From Octopus sinensis (taxonomy: Eukaryota): a stretch of 64,000 nt of DNA. The position numbers and the translations under genes are program-made. The notes beneath the pieces were generated by a model. That model was not told the DNA's origin, did no database searches, and worked only from the letters and a program-made list of their open reading frames with translations. This document shows, one piece after another, positions 40,190 through 54,495 of this stretch; position 1 is the stretch's first letter, and the number at the start of each line of letters is the position of its first letter. The stretch covers positions 71,176,001 to 71,240,000 of the forward strand of contig NC_043002.1 of assembly GCF_006345805.1 (NCBI RefSeq). Reading direction: 5' to 3'.

Positions 40190-40990
40190 AACCAAATATG
40201 TTATTCATTTTCATCAATCCAGTCAGGATCTTTGTGAACACATTACCTTGGCTTTTCAGAAAAAAATGTGGTTTTCCTTGATTTTATGTAGTAGTCTATC
40301 TTTGGAGCTGTGGACCAAAGTCTGAAAAGTGCTTCATTTTCAGCCTGCCATCACGTATAATATGATGAAATTAGAAATGTAGCTTATTTTATGCATAGAT
40401 AGTTTAATTATAGTTACATTTCGGCCAGAAGCGAGGATATTTTATGCCTATAATATACAAAATATAATGAATTCCTAGGGACGTTCTATTTTACTGATAC
40501 AGAATCTTAAACACAACAAATTCTGCAAATTATAGAATATAATATGCTATCCCTAAAAAAACTTTCTAGAGGACAACAAAGAGGCCAATTATAAGGAACT
40601 AGTTGAAAATTGCTCCGCTCATTTTATTCTCTGGAATGCAAAATGTTCAGTGTTTAGCCATATGGATCAATTTCCACAGATTTTGGGAGACATCTGTAAG
40701 GAACAGGGATATAGATTTCACTAAGCTATGAAGGTAATAGAAAGGAGATATCAAACGAAATGGGATGTAAATATGATGGCTGATTACAGTTGGAGTATAA
40801 AACTGAACAGTCCATGTTTAAGAAACAGATTTTTTCCTATATAATGAAATGCGATGTTTTTTAGAGATATCATGTTATATGCATATAATTTATAAATGTT
40901 GTTGTGATTAAGATTCTGCATCAATAGAATAAAACCACCCTAAGACTCCTTTTTCATTTTTAAAATCGTATGCGGAAGAGATCACCGTTC
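40190..40990 (+). pseudogene. DNA transposase relic, Chapaev3/CMC-like C-terminus
   Basis: 40659-40800 reads HMDQFPQILGDICKEQGYRFH*AMKVIERRYQTKWDVNMMADYSW. This resembles the HLDFFP.NLG.VSDEQGERFHQDI..MERRYQG.W...MMADYCW motif. The superfamily name is from memory and needs a database check. Confidence 0.65.
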
Positions 40991-41556
40991 CTGACCAAAA
41001 CCTTGCCGCAGTTAAACTATCTATGCATAAAATCAGCTATATTCATAATTGTACAATACATTATGCAAGAGAAGGGTGATAATGAATAACTTTTTCCAAT
41101 TTGGCTCACTGCTCCAAAGACAGTTCATGGAATAAAATCAAGGAAAACTACATTTATTGAGAAAAATAAAGGTCGTATGTATACATAGACCTTGGTGTGA
41201 TTGATAAAAACGAATAAAATATCTGAATTCAGTACGCAAAGTGCTTCAGAAACATTTGTCTAATCAGCAGAAAAATTTCCGTACATAAATTCTGTAAACC
41301 TGTGTAATATATAATATATGATACTGTCTTAAGTGAAATAAGGAGAAAAGAACTGGATTAATTCTAATTTTGCTTAAGGGAAAACGTTAACAAATGCCTC
41401 TACCTTCAGCATGTCAATTTGTTTCCGGATTTTTCCTACTTGCATACAGTTCTACTCATCGCTCGGAGCGGATTGAAAATATACGAACAAAACAATTGAT
41501 ATGTAAATATTTCAATGTTGAACCCAAAACGAAATATATATGTATGTGTGTGTGTT

Positions 41557-41599
<43 letters not shown>

Positions 41600-42924
41600 G
41601 TGTGTGTGTGTGTGTCTTTAAGTTTTTAAGTATAAGAAATATATTAACCTGCTTAGCACACAGCACCATTTGTATACTGTCTCACTAACTTACCAAAGTA
41701 GGCTTTTCGAATTGGTAGAATTACCAGTCAAATCTCCCTAAAATTTATGACTGCTTCAATATAGAATTTACAGGACCATGCAAGCCATAAAATACAGAGT
41801 GATAAGATGCTCTTGGTTAGTATTGATTTGCCCATGGAACTTTCCGCACATATTTGAGCTAATAAAATGCTACCCAATAAAAATGCTACGCAACTCTACA
41901 ACTATCCAGTATATTTTTGCAGTAGACTGAATTACAAAGTATGGTGCACTATTATGTCTGCTGTATATCCATTATATCCATATTCAATAAAACCCTTCTA
42001 TATTCCCATATTTAAATAAATACTGGATCTCAATACAATACTCCACAACCAAAAATATATACAGCAAACACAGGAAGCTTATCTAAAAAATCAAGCAATG
42101 ATCAACAAGATTCCTTACTTTTTAGACTGACAACAGCATATTTTACCCCGTTGTCGATAACTATTGGAGCAGTTATATGTAATGTTTAACAACCTGGTGA
42201 AAACTTTGTTAGTCCTCATGAATGATTTAAAAGTCTATGTATTAAGATCTGCAGACAAGTGAAAATGTCACTTACGCCATTGTTGGTCGATTAACTCAAG
42301 TGGATAACTTCAAGTATTTATACATGACACCATGATTTAGAAATTAGGCACGTTGTTACAGGATATTGGAGGGTTTTTTGCACCGAATGAGTGTTTACAT
42401 TTGGTTAGCTATGATTTAAAATTAGTTGATTGGATAAGAGATATGGATATCTATTTCCTTCATTTCCAGTGATGAGTGCTATAAACAGATTTGGTGACAT
42501 AGAGACACCCGAAACATTTCTGCTGTAAGTAAAGCTAGAGAGACAAAAGAAATTTTCGTTGACTTAGTAGATATGTATGTTAGAGCTGTATACATTCATT
42601 AAGACTATAGCCAATATTGCTTTTATAATCTATATGCTTGTATCAGCATTTACACACCTGAAGGGATCCACAAAACTATAAAGAATCTAGTTTACGCTGG
42701 TATCATATACATTAACTGACAATGAGAGGATCTGCTTTAAATTAAAGATGGAGGTAGTGACTTATGATTTGCACAAACAAACTTTGAACTTTTAGTGTAC
42801 AACTGTTCTTTATGAACCAAGGTAAGCTGGACTAACCTACTTAAACGTAAATTTAGAGAAACACTTTTCATATTACAAGAAAATTATACATTATTAACAT
42901 ATTCTGTAAGCTTAAAAATATTCT

Positions 42925-43110
42925 TTTCTACTCTAAGCACAAGGTCTGAAGCTTTTGAGGAGGGGGCAGTCGATTACATTGACCCCAGTACGCAAGTGGT
43001 ACTTAATTTATCGACCCCGGAAGGATGAAAGGCAATGTCAACAACCGTGGAATTTGAACTCAGAACGTAAAGACAGGCGGAATGAATTCAGAACGTAAAG
43101 CGAGACGAAA
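42925..43110 (-). mobile_element. Family B SINE variant
   Basis: gaccccagtacgcaagtggtacttaatttatcgacccc...ggaatttgaactcagaacgtaaag. Confidence 0.75.
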
Positions 43111-43659
43111 TGCAAGCTTTGAAATATTAACCACAAAACAGGAAGAATAATTATTTCGGGCCTATTAGATATACACGTTATTCGTAATTCACGAAAAAGA
43201 GATAATTTCTAAATAGCAGAAAAGAGAGTTAAAGGTGCTATTAACTTTACTCGTTCTGATAAGAGATATAAATTGTAATATACTATAGGGGAAGGTATCA
43301 CTCACGTCCATAGGTATCCACAATTTATTAGCTAACTATGTGATATGATACGATCTCTAAAATAATTTACAAAGCAATCTACAGGCATAATATAATACAG
43401 CTATCCCACGTGCACTCCAGTATCGACACATCTATGAATAATGGTTTCAAATTTTACCACATTTGACATGTGTAAGCCTAGGACTAATCCTATCGGTGAC
43501 TCTTGCCGAAACGCTGGATTACGGGGACGTAAACTCTTCAACATCGGTTGTCAAGCGATGGTGGGGCAACAAACACACAAGCGATATTCCTCATTGAGTC
43601 CCCGCAGCTTATACGTCACGAGCAATGTTATGACCTCCACAGCCATTCGGCATGCTGTG

Positions 43660-45000
43660 TGAAAGTTAAAGTTCGAGGTAGTCAATTCTATCAACTGCGG
43701 CATATTTCCCCCAACAGTGTCTCTTCTCTTCCCGGTGGCACAATCCCTACAGGCAAGGTTCCGGAACATTCTGGTGCTGTCACCGACTGCCGCCAATGTC
43801 TCGTTTCTTTTCCTCTTCCTCTTTTTCTCTCTCAACGGAGAGATAGTGCGCCTCCTCCGTGACCGGGAGATTCGCCTCCCCTCCCTCATCCCTGGGATCC
43901 ATCGAGGAGCACCCATTGTTGCTCACCTTCTTCCGCTCGCGGCCCTTCTGTGAGGAGTCCTCCGTCTCTTCAGCCGCCTTCTTTCATTCTTTTCTAGAGG
44001 TCTCAATCAACTACTCCAGGACTTTGCTTTATATGGCTTTATTCAGACATTCCAGACATTCCAGATATTCCAGATATTCTAGGTATTTCAGACATTCCAA
44101 ACATTCCAGGAACTTCAGACGTTCCAGACATTCTAGACATTCCGTGACGTGACATTCCATTCCATTCCAGATATTTTAAACATTCCAGACATGACATTGC
44201 AGACATTCCTGACATTCTTGACATTCCAGACATTCCAGGCATTCCAGACGTTCCACTTATTCCAGACATTCCAGACATTTCGGACATTCCAGGTATTCTA
44301 GATAGTCCACACATGACTTTCCTGACATGCTGTGACGTGACGTGACATTCCATTCCATTCTATTCCTTGACGTGAAGTGACGTGACATTCCATTCCATTC
44401 TATTCCTTGACGTGAAGTGACGTGACATTCCATGACGTGATGTGACATTCCATTTAACGTCATTAGACGTCAGGCCATTTAACATCACGTCATGAGCTCC
44501 AGGCACCAATAACACCTGGGAGCAACCCTCAAGAATCTCCAGGTACCTGCATGCGGCCATTTTCAAAAAATCTGGCATAACCAGATTGCTGATTGGGTCC
44601 ACAGGGTCCAAACAGCTTTTGACCCAACCCAATCAGCCACAGGAAGAATTTTCCCATTGAAGAGCCAGGCTCCGCTGCCACGCAGGCCCCGACGGATAGT
44701 ATCCTCTATCCACTGGGGTTCAATTCCGGGTGGCAAACCACAGACCCAAGCCCTCGTCAAATTTTTCCCGCAATAAGTGGGAAGCAACAAAATTTCTTTA
44801 TCCTCAAAATGCTCTGGGGTGTCAAACAGCAACCACACCGTTGCATATTTGACACCCCTAGAGATATACTTAATGGTTGGCAGATGTTCCGCCAACTTCT
44901 GATCAATCATCTGCTTAGAGAAGACGGCAATGTTGTCGAGAACTTTCGAATACTTTCTCAACACCACCGTCCTCTCCTCTTGTTGTCTGAGTCACCCCTT
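43660..45000 (-). pseudogene. LINE ORF1/gag-like relic (L1/Tx1-like) interrupted by a minisatellite insert
   Basis: GC-rich block. ORF 44563-44967 contains AWVCGLPPGIEPQWI, followed by a split zinc knuckle (RCYWCLEL / SHIKQSP) and a basic tract (EKKRKRKR). Confidence 0.6.
44039..44493. repeat. Compound minisatellite of 9-mer (acattccag)n plus tgacgtga/cattc blocks
   Basis: Roughly 25 degenerate acattccag units, a 34-bp direct repeat at ~44338-44430 and many tgacgt motifs. Confidence 0.85.
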
Positions 45001-45949
45001 ATGTGGGACAATCTCTCACTCTACAATCTTATCCGTATTTTTTGCCATGTTTTAAATTAAAAAGTAAATAGTCTAAAACAATAGTTCACAAATTTCAAAA
45101 AGAAAAGAGAAATCAAAAGGAAACAAAATGGAAGAAGAAAAGAAAGCAAACAGTTCAGTAAGAAGGTCACAATAGATAAAGAAAACAACTGTTCAACAAA
45201 ACACAGCAAAAAATCTTCTTTGGCATTCAAGTACTCCAAGCCCTATTGTACTCCGATTAGAACCTTGACTGCTCCACTTGAAATACAGCTCTCCAACGTA
45301 GTTGTACGATGCACACTATTTACAAACAGCAAACGACTTTTGGTGTCAGAATACGTCACCAACCAATATTTCTCATAATGAGAAAACATTTTTACTTCAT
45401 GTGAACACTTAAAATGCAGTTTTCCAATAATGCTAATGTTGTTGTAAAAACATACTCTGTTAGAAAGTGAACAACTCTTGGTTGAAGGATACGCCCACCA
45501 AACTGTACATCTCACAATGAGAAAAAGATTTTCATTTACTATGAACCATATTGCTGAACCGCATGTAGACCAACATCTTGAATCCAGTGAGGATTCCCAG
45601 TTTGTAAAACATATAAGCACAAATAACGACCCTCACTGGGTCCAAGAGAACAGTCTTACCTTGCAGGAACTTCTTTTGGCAGGCTAAACACTGCCGGCTA
45701 TCTTCTTCAGTACACAACACAATGACATATGCGCACACTGATAACTGAGACTCATGGGAAATAGGTTAGCAAGCTACTTTCTACACAGGCACTTACTACA
45801 CTTACTACTCATCACGAACACAGTACACTACCGCGGTCCAGGAGTCTACGAACTCGAATAGCCAAAAGGCCATGCACACACAAGCACGCACACACACACA
45901 CGCACACACACACACACACACACATATACGCTCACACATACATTTACAT

Positions 45950-46740
45950 ACTCTTTTTCTTATTTCAGTCATTTGACTGCGACCGTGCTGGAGCAGCATC
46001 TTGGGGGGCGGGATTGAACCAACAAATCGATGTCGGGACTTAGTTTGTAAACCTAGTATTTATTCTCTCATTTTCTTTTGCTGAACCGTAAGTTACGGGG
46101 CCGCAAACACATCAAGACCGATTGTCAAGCGGTGATGAGGGCAAACACAGACTCAAAATGCACACACACATAGATGTATACATATATATCACAAGTCTAT
46201 AGTCGTCCCGAGATTATAGTTGAAAACTCTCACCTAAGATGCCACGCAGTGGGACTGAACCCGGACCATGTGGATGTGAAACAAGCTTTTTTATCACACA
46301 GTCACGCCTGTCTTCCTATAATAAATATACACATACACGCATATTTATTATTGTATTCCTTTACTTGTTTCAATCATTTGGTTGCGGCCATGCTGGAGTA
46401 CCGCCTTTAGTCGAACAAATTAACTCCAGGACACTTATTAATTTTGTAATCCTAGTACATATTCTGTCGGTGTCTTGGGCCGAACCGCTTATTGGGACGT
46501 AAACACACAGACATGGTTGTCAAGCAATGAAGGAGCACAAACACAGACACACAGAAATATACATATATATATGCTCGATGGGCTTCTCTCAGTTTCCATC
46601 TACCAAATCTACTCACAAGGCTTTGATTGGCCCGAGGCTATAGCAGAAGTCACCTGCCCAATATACCACATAGTGGGACTGAACTCGGAACCATATGGTC
46701 GGGAAACAAGCTTCTTATCACACAACCACTCATGCGCCTA
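45950..46740 (-). mobile_element. Two tandem family A SINE copies
   Basis: Copies at ~45950-46310 and ~46355-46740, each with tail, core and head motifs. Confidence 0.8.
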
Positions 46741-46775
46741 TAATATATATACTACCATTATTTTTATTATGTGTA

Positions 46776-46982
<207 letters not shown>

Positions 46983-47591
46983 TGGAGTTAATTTGTTCGA
47001 CTAAAGGCGGTACTCCAGCATGGCGGCAACCAAATGATTGAAACAAGTAAAGGAATACAATAATAAATATGCGTGTATGTGTATAAAATAACCTTTGCAC
47101 TTGATTTTTTAATGTTTTTTCCCCCATACTTTTGTGAATTAGTTTAGGCAAACACTATCTGAGAGAGATCTTCTTTAAGTATTAGAAATAGCTGAAGAAA
47201 TTTCTTTAGCTGCTATTTCTAATGAGTTCAGTATGTGGCAAAGTAATTTATTTTACTAAGCCCTTATATATAATGTAATATTTTGAATTCGCCTATAATG
47301 GTCCCTTTACATACTGAATACTTGGTGAAATTGATTAATAATTAATTAATTTTACCCTCAATTGTTGAAATTATAATTCATCTTTCTCTGTAAAATGCTG
47401 CGGTTTTCACCGTTAATACATGGTGTTTGTCAATTTTAACCCACGCTGGTGGAAAGGGGAAAGCAGAAATTCTTCGCTTGCATATTCGAATTTGATAGCA
47501 CTTTTAGTTCGAGCAGAATTCTAGAGGTGATTAGAAGCCGAAAGGGTATGCTCCCGACTTTCAGTGTTCCCAAATCCGATCCAAGGAATTC

Positions 47592-47643
47592 TGAGCTGAA
47601 GAAAGAAATGTCGAATTGACTAATCTAGAAACGTACGTTCTCA
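47592..47643 (+). ncRNA. Minimal type I hammerhead motif, 556-bp array copy 1
   Basis: tgag CTGAAGA aagaaatgtc gaatt gactaatcta GAAA cgtacg TT^ctca. Core and palindromic stem III are intact. Stem II has several mismatches. Confidence 0.7.
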
Positions 47644-48147
47644 AATAACCTTTGCACTTGATTTTTTAATGTTTTTTCCCCCATACTTTTGTGAATTAGT
47701 TAGGCAAACACTATCTGAGAGAGATCTTCTTTAAGTATTAGAAATAGCTGAAGAAATTTCTTTAGCTGCTATTTCTAATGAGTTCAGTATGTGGCAAAGT
47801 AATTTATTTTACTAAGCCCTTATATATAATGTAATATTTTGAATTCGCCTATAATGGTCCCTTTACATACTGAATACTTGGTGAAATTGATTAATAATTA
47901 ATTAATTTTACCCTCAATTGTTGAAATTATAATTCATCTTTCTCTGTAAAATGCTGCGGTTTTCACCGTTAATACATGGTGTTTGTCAATTTTAACCCAC
48001 GCTGGTGGAAAGGGGAAAGCAGAAATTCTTCGCTTGCATATTCGAATTTGATAGCACTTTTAGTTCGAGCAGAATTCTAGAGGTGATTAGAAGCCGAAAG
48101 GGTATGCTCCCGACTTTCAGTGTTCCCAAATCCGATTCAAGGAATTC

Positions 48148-48199
48148 TGAGCTGAAGAAAGAAATGTCGAATTGACTAATCTAGAAACGTACGTTCTCA
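48148..48199 (+). ncRNA. Minimal type I hammerhead motif, 556-bp array copy 2
   Basis: Same sequence as 47592-47643. Confidence 0.7.
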
Positions 48200-48479
48200 A
48201 ATAACCTTTGCACTTGATTTTTTAATGTTTTTTCCCCCATACTTTTGTGAATTAGTTTAGGCAAACACTATCTGAGAGAGATCTTCTTTAAGTATTAGAA
48301 ATAGCTGAAGAAATTTCTTTAGCTGCTATTTCTAATGAGTTCAGTATGTGGCAAAGTATTTATTTTACTAAGCCCTTATATATAATGTAATATTTTGAAT
48401 TCGCCTATAATGGTCCCTTTACATACTGAATACTTGGTGAAATTGATTAATAATTAATTAATTTTACCCTCAATTGTTG

Positions 48480-48515
<36 letters not shown>

Positions 48516-49031
48516 CTATTTATAGACGTAAATAGTGTGGAAGTCAATGCTTTCTTGCAATAATTCAAAAATCCAGACTAGACCAACTTTCTGTAACGCT
48601 GCAAAGCTGAGCGTTAAACTTAGCGTGTATGTGTGTATATGTATATGAGTGTACATATGAATATATATAGATATATATGTCTGTGTGCACGTTTATGTAA
48701 AGGATTGTACGCGTGTACGTTGATGTGCATATGCGTAAGTGTATGCATTTGTGTATTATGTATAGAAAATCTCGTACACCTATATTTCCAGGTGATTCTT
48801 TAAAGACAACTTATCCTAGAGAGAAACATTCATTTTAAGCATAGTACACTAATGCTGAATAAATCGATAAATATTCAAAAAATCGATACGCATTTTCATA
48901 ATGTCTAAATACAAAAATTATTTTAAATTTACATGACTTTCACTTACTTTTTCCATAAGCAGCTATTTCCATTCGCGTGTACATGAGTATATGCATATAT
49001 ACAAATACACACAAACAAGGTGTATGTATAT

Positions 49032-49096
<65 letters not shown>

Positions 49097-49437
49097 GTGT
49101 TTGTGTGTATGTTTATCTATCTGTCCATATATATATACGCGTGTGTGTGTACGTATATATATAAACATCCATACTTAATCTGCTCCAATTTATAATTTTG
49201 TTTTGTCGAAATATTCGTTGCACTGGGATATAATATTAGATGGAATTTTTAGGATAGTATTTTGATTTCATAACATTTTATCCGGCTTAAGAAATTTCGA
49301 TGCATATTTTAAAATATTATTTAAATTGTAGTTAAAGATATGCATTTGGAGACTGATTACACATACGTACATATATAATTACGTACATACATACCAAAAG
49401 ACACACACCACACACACACACATATATATACATGTAC

Positions 49438-49511
<74 letters not shown>

Positions 49512-49904
49512 GCATACATATATGCGTATGTTTTCTTTTTGTGAGCGAGGAATCTCTTTCATATCAAGAGATACCTACTTCCTTGTACAACTAGTAATTG
49601 AAATAATATTCCAATATAGCAGTTTTATACAGAATTCTTAATTTATTTCATCTAGAATTCTTGGGTATTCTGTTAATAATATCCCAATTACATCTCCCTA
49701 TTTTGCTCTAAAATAATCCCATCGGAGTAATATTGAATTTAATTTTTTAAATGTATTTTTTACGGATATCACATTTGAAATCAGAAATATTTTTCTATAT
49801 AATCAGAATAGTGTTTTGATGGAATAGTTTTCCAAATATGAGGAATCTAATCAGAGAAGGTAGGAAAGCAACAAAGAGAGAGTAGCGAGAGGAGAAAAAC
49901 AGAG

Positions 49905-49926
49905 GTAGATAGATAGATAGATAGAT

Positions 49927-50015
<89 letters not shown>
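49905..50015. repeat. Compound (AGAT)n/(AAAG)n microsatellite
   Basis: Read directly from the sequence. Confidence 0.95.
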
Positions 50016-50016
<1 letters not shown>

Positions 50017-50519
50017 CACGATGCTTTGCCAAATACGTTTTTTTATCCAGAGGGTAGAAACTAAGAGAATGTGAGAGAAAATGAGAGAATGTGTTAGAAT
50101 ATTGAATAAATTTAATCTGGTTCTCCAATCGAACGCGTAAGATTAACTATTAAATATTTATTCATTTATTTGTATATTAGTATTAATCATAATGATAATC
50201 ACATTCCATTTGTATCCATCCATGAAGACAATAAAAATGTTGGTTGTAAAATTTACAAGCTTCCAGCCATCATTTAATGTTTTCATAAGTATCTGCCGGA
50301 AGCTGCAACGCAGCCAAACTTGAAAGATATATCTTGCAGAAGCATGAACAAACTGAATGTACTATTCACTCGCTTATTACACGCAGGAAATATGGCTACA
50401 ACCGAAACCAATAAGTAAAAGTGTTAAAAACCAGAAACCAATTCCACTAACATTTGAATTCCAATAACAATAGGGAATGTCGCAAACTTCGTCTATGCCC
50501 AGAAAAACCAAGAGAAATT

Positions 50520-50987
50520 AAATCTGTTCTACTCAAGGCACAAGGCCCGAAATCTTTTCTACTATAGGCACAAGGCATCGAAATTTTGGGGGTGGAGGCC
50601 AGTTAATTAGATCAACCCCAGTACACAACTGGTACTTAATTTATCGACCCTGAAAAGAGTAAAAGCAAAGGCGACCTTGGCGGAATTTGAATTCAGAACG
50701 TAAAGACAGACGTGAATATTGCTAGGCATTTCGCCCGGCGTGCTAATGTTTCTTATTTCTTTATTGCCCACAAGAGACTAAACAAAGAGGGGAGAAACAA
50801 GGAGAGACAAAGGGATTAAGTCGATTATATCGACCCCAGTGCGTAAATGGCAGTTATTTAATCGACCCCGAAAGGATGAAAGGCAAAGTCGACCTCGGCG
50901 GAATTTGAACTCATAACGTAGCGACAGACGAAATACTGCTGAGCATTTCACCCAGCGTGCTAACGTTTCTGCCAGCTCGCCGCCTTA
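50520..50987 (-). mobile_element. Two adjacent family B SINEs, with a young copy (50754-50987) abutting an older variant
   Basis: Two ggcggaatttgaa...ccggcgtgctaa/ccagcgtgctaa bodies and two different tails. Confidence 0.85.
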
Positions 50988-51707
50988 AAGAGAAATTTAA
51001 TCACCTCAGCATCCTACCTCTCTTTCTTTTTCTGTATCTGTTTCAGCGTCTCTTTTTCTAACTCTCTGACTCTTTCTATCACTCTCTCTCCTCTGCTTGT
51101 CAGTCTCTCTCTCTATATCTCACTCTCTCTCCTCTACTTGTCAGTGTCACTCTCTCTTTCTCTTTTGTAATTTAAAATGTTGCCTTTCTCTTCTTGCCTC
51201 GCATAATCTTCATAAACTTTCTCATTTAGAAAACTCCAGCTGATTCCAAAATATTTCCGATTCGAAAAGAATATTTGTCATTTTTTTTTTATAAGAAAGA
51301 AAGAGCAAACCCTTCTGATTTCTGTGAATAAATAAATTTTAAATCATATCTCAATAGTACGCAGTATAAATTGTTTAAGATCTGCAGGAATATTATCGGC
51401 ATTATATATCATCAGTATTACTGTGAAATGGATATGAAATAGACTCTACAGTGCACCATAGGAGACCAAAGGAACAGTGAAACATGACTATAAAAGTAAA
51501 TGATATTTAGGCATCATTTAACAATTAATATTGTGTTCGTAAGTGATCCGAAAGCTGAACTTGTACACCACAGGCAGAAGGATATGAAGAAGGAATAGGT
51601 TACGCGAACCTTTACTAGATATTAAAATAAGCAACAAAAGCAAACACTGCTTACTGAATGGAAAAGATCTCGATGAATATTCACATTGCTGTAAATATAT
51701 ATATACA

Positions 51708-52110
51708 CAAGCAGTATCACCCGGCGTTGCTCGGATTTGTTTCGGCCCTTTAGAATTGGAATTTTTGAAAAGTAAAAACTTTGCATTATTTAGCTTGTTA
51801 TTCTCTTTAAGTGAAGGTTTTTCTGGTTGAAATACACCGAAAAATGGCGACACACCAGTCAAAAAATCGTAAAAAATAGGGATTTTCATAGAAAAAAAGC
51901 ACGTTTTTGATGCAAGTAATTTATGGTGTTAGCATAGTCCGATTTGAAATTTTTCTTCTACGGAAGGAAGAGCAAGTCTTCTTCTATCATACTCTCAATT
52001 TTGATCAACTTGTGCGGCAGGGTCTCGGAGGAGATAGTGTTGGTTGAAGGCTACCAAACCTGCCATACACAGACAACTATTATTAGCGTTGAGAAATCCT
52101 TTTATATAGG
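51708..52110 (+). mobile_element. Non-autonomous Helitron/Helentron-like element
   Basis: 5' caagcagtatcacccggcgttgctcgg and 3' acacagacaac...ccttttatatag, inserted in a TA context. Assigned by resemblance to HINE-type ends. Confidence 0.5.
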
Positions 52111-52924
52111 CACTTGGTACATAAAACACACACATACATCATAACAAAAGAGATTTGTCTGTAATAGGCGCCGTAATTCTCATATGACTCTATATTGGTC
52201 AATTAGACTTAGCCTGGTCGTTGTTTGAGACAATTACCGCTTGAAAAGATGCTGAAATTGTATATAACGCAGTAGCGAGATTTGACTGGCATGAAGTGAT
52301 CGGTGCTTGCCACTAAGAACGTCCGATAAGTTGAAATTTTGACATATGTGAGCTACGGAGCACATGACATACGAATTTTGTCCGTTACGACCTATTTGTG
52401 AGCTGTTATGAACAAAGCGCTGATATGATAAGATCTCTCAAGTCGAATAATGCAATAATCGCTGTATTAAGCAGGCATCCAGGTTATGTTGATTACAAAG
52501 ATTAGCTTGATATGAAGTGAAAATCAGCACAGAAAGAAAACCAGGAAAAGAATAATGTACGATATACGATAAATATATTATTAGTTGAATGATTAACTAT
52601 GGAAAGCCTTCGTGTGGGCCAGTCTTCAGATAGGAAACAAAAGGACATAAAGAGAGGATATGATGGAAAACGAAATGGTGGAGAGGCAAAGTATGAGACT
52701 GAAAAATAAAGTTGTCTTCATAAAAGAGTTTGAAGAAAAGAAAGTTGTAAAAAATGAACGGTTATACGCCATATAAGATTGCCATATAAGATTGCCATTC
52801 TAAGCAGGAAGGTTGACGGATATATAAGTGTATGTATCAGAGTCTATGCGAGTGCGCATGGTATTAGCGAGGGAGGAAGATCGTGATAAAATGTATAATT
52901 GCTGAGATGCAATTATGTGTATGC

Positions 52925-53016
<92 letters not shown>

Positions 53017-53312
53017 TATATATTATATATATATATGTGTGTGTATGTCTGTGTTTGTGTGTATGCGCGTGTATAGATGCATGCATGCATGTATGTAAAT
53101 TAGTTGGCATTAGCTTGTATGAGTCTATATATACATCTATGCGCATATATGTGTACGGGTTATATGTATATATATACACACATACGGATAAACATTTAAC
53201 CAAATTCTTTTAATATTGAGGGTTTTATTGATATCTGCCAGAAAGTTTTAGCGCGGCCATGCAGGGGCACCGCCTGAATGAATTTTAGCCGAACTAATCG
53301 ACACCATATTGT

Positions 53313-53359
<47 letters not shown>

Positions 53360-54016
53360 TATATATATACACATATACATATATACATATATATATGCAT
53401 ACTCAGCATCGTCAAAAGTACGTTATCACCGTTAAACTTAACATTATATAATTTAATTATACATTAAATGTATACTTATTGTATGCTTTGCTAATGGCGC
53501 AATTATCTAATTTTGTGATATAACTGTATGCATATCTATAGATATATCACCCATCTAGGTACACACGCACACGCATACCCACACAGCAAAAACACTAACT
53601 CACAAGGCAAATACAATACACAAACACACACATATATATGTATATATTTACGTATACATTGATTCACGCTTACATACACTCACACACTCACACCCACTAT
53701 CAATATGTATATAAACATGCACAGAACTCCATCAAAATATGCGCATATTTGTACTTGTAGGTTTTCAAAAATACATACATACATAACATACATACATACG
53801 TAAATACGTATGTAACTTGTTATTTGATAGCAATTAGTTAAACAATAATTTAATATTATCGATGCATTAAAAGAATTTAGGAAGTGTTTTCTGTGTATTT
53901 TATTCTCAGCTAGAATTATTTTTCTTAAGGTTAACCATAATAGTAACAAAAATAAAGAAATTTGAACGAATCTCAAATATAGTGGAGGTAGATTCTTTAC
54001 AAATCTGTTCTATTTG

Positions 54017-54177
54017 AGCAGGTGTCGCTGTGTGGTAGGTACCTTGCTTACCAACCACATGTTTCCGGATTCATTCCCACTGCGTGGCACCTTGGACAAG
54101 TGTCTTCTACTATAGCCTCGGGCCTACCAATGCCTCGTGAGTGGATTTGGTAGACGGAAACTGAAAGAAGCTCGTCG

Positions 54178-54214
<37 letters not shown>

Positions 54215-54221
54215 GTGTGTG

Positions 54222-54252
<31 letters not shown>

Positions 54253-54495
54253 TGTGTGTGTGTGTGTGTTATTGTGTGTGTGTTTGTGTGTCTGTGTTTG
54301 TCCGCCAACATCGCTGGACAACTGATGCTGGTGTGTTTACGTCCCAGTAACTTAGCGGTTCGACCTAAGACACCGATAGAATAAGTACTAGGCTTACAAA
54401 GAACAAGTCCTGGGGTCGATTTGCTCGACTAAAAGGCGGTGCTCTAGCATCGCCGCAGTCAAATGACTGAAACAAGCAAAAAGAGTAAAAGAGAG
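54017..54495 (+). mobile_element. Full-length family A SINE
   Basis: Head to tail match, followed by (AG)n. Confidence 0.9.

Larger units (their letters stand above)
47086..48486 (+). mobile_element. Tandem array of ~556-bp hammerhead-containing units (~2.5 copies), retrozyme-like
   Basis: Unit marker aaataacctttgcac at 47086, 47643 and 48199. Copies are near-identical and the array ends in (TA)n. Confidence 0.88.

Noticed and set aside
45220-45740. Minus-strand peptide ending VLIGVQ*GLEYL, faintly kinase-like
   Set aside because: No HRD, DFG or glycine-loop motifs are readable, so it is too weak to call.
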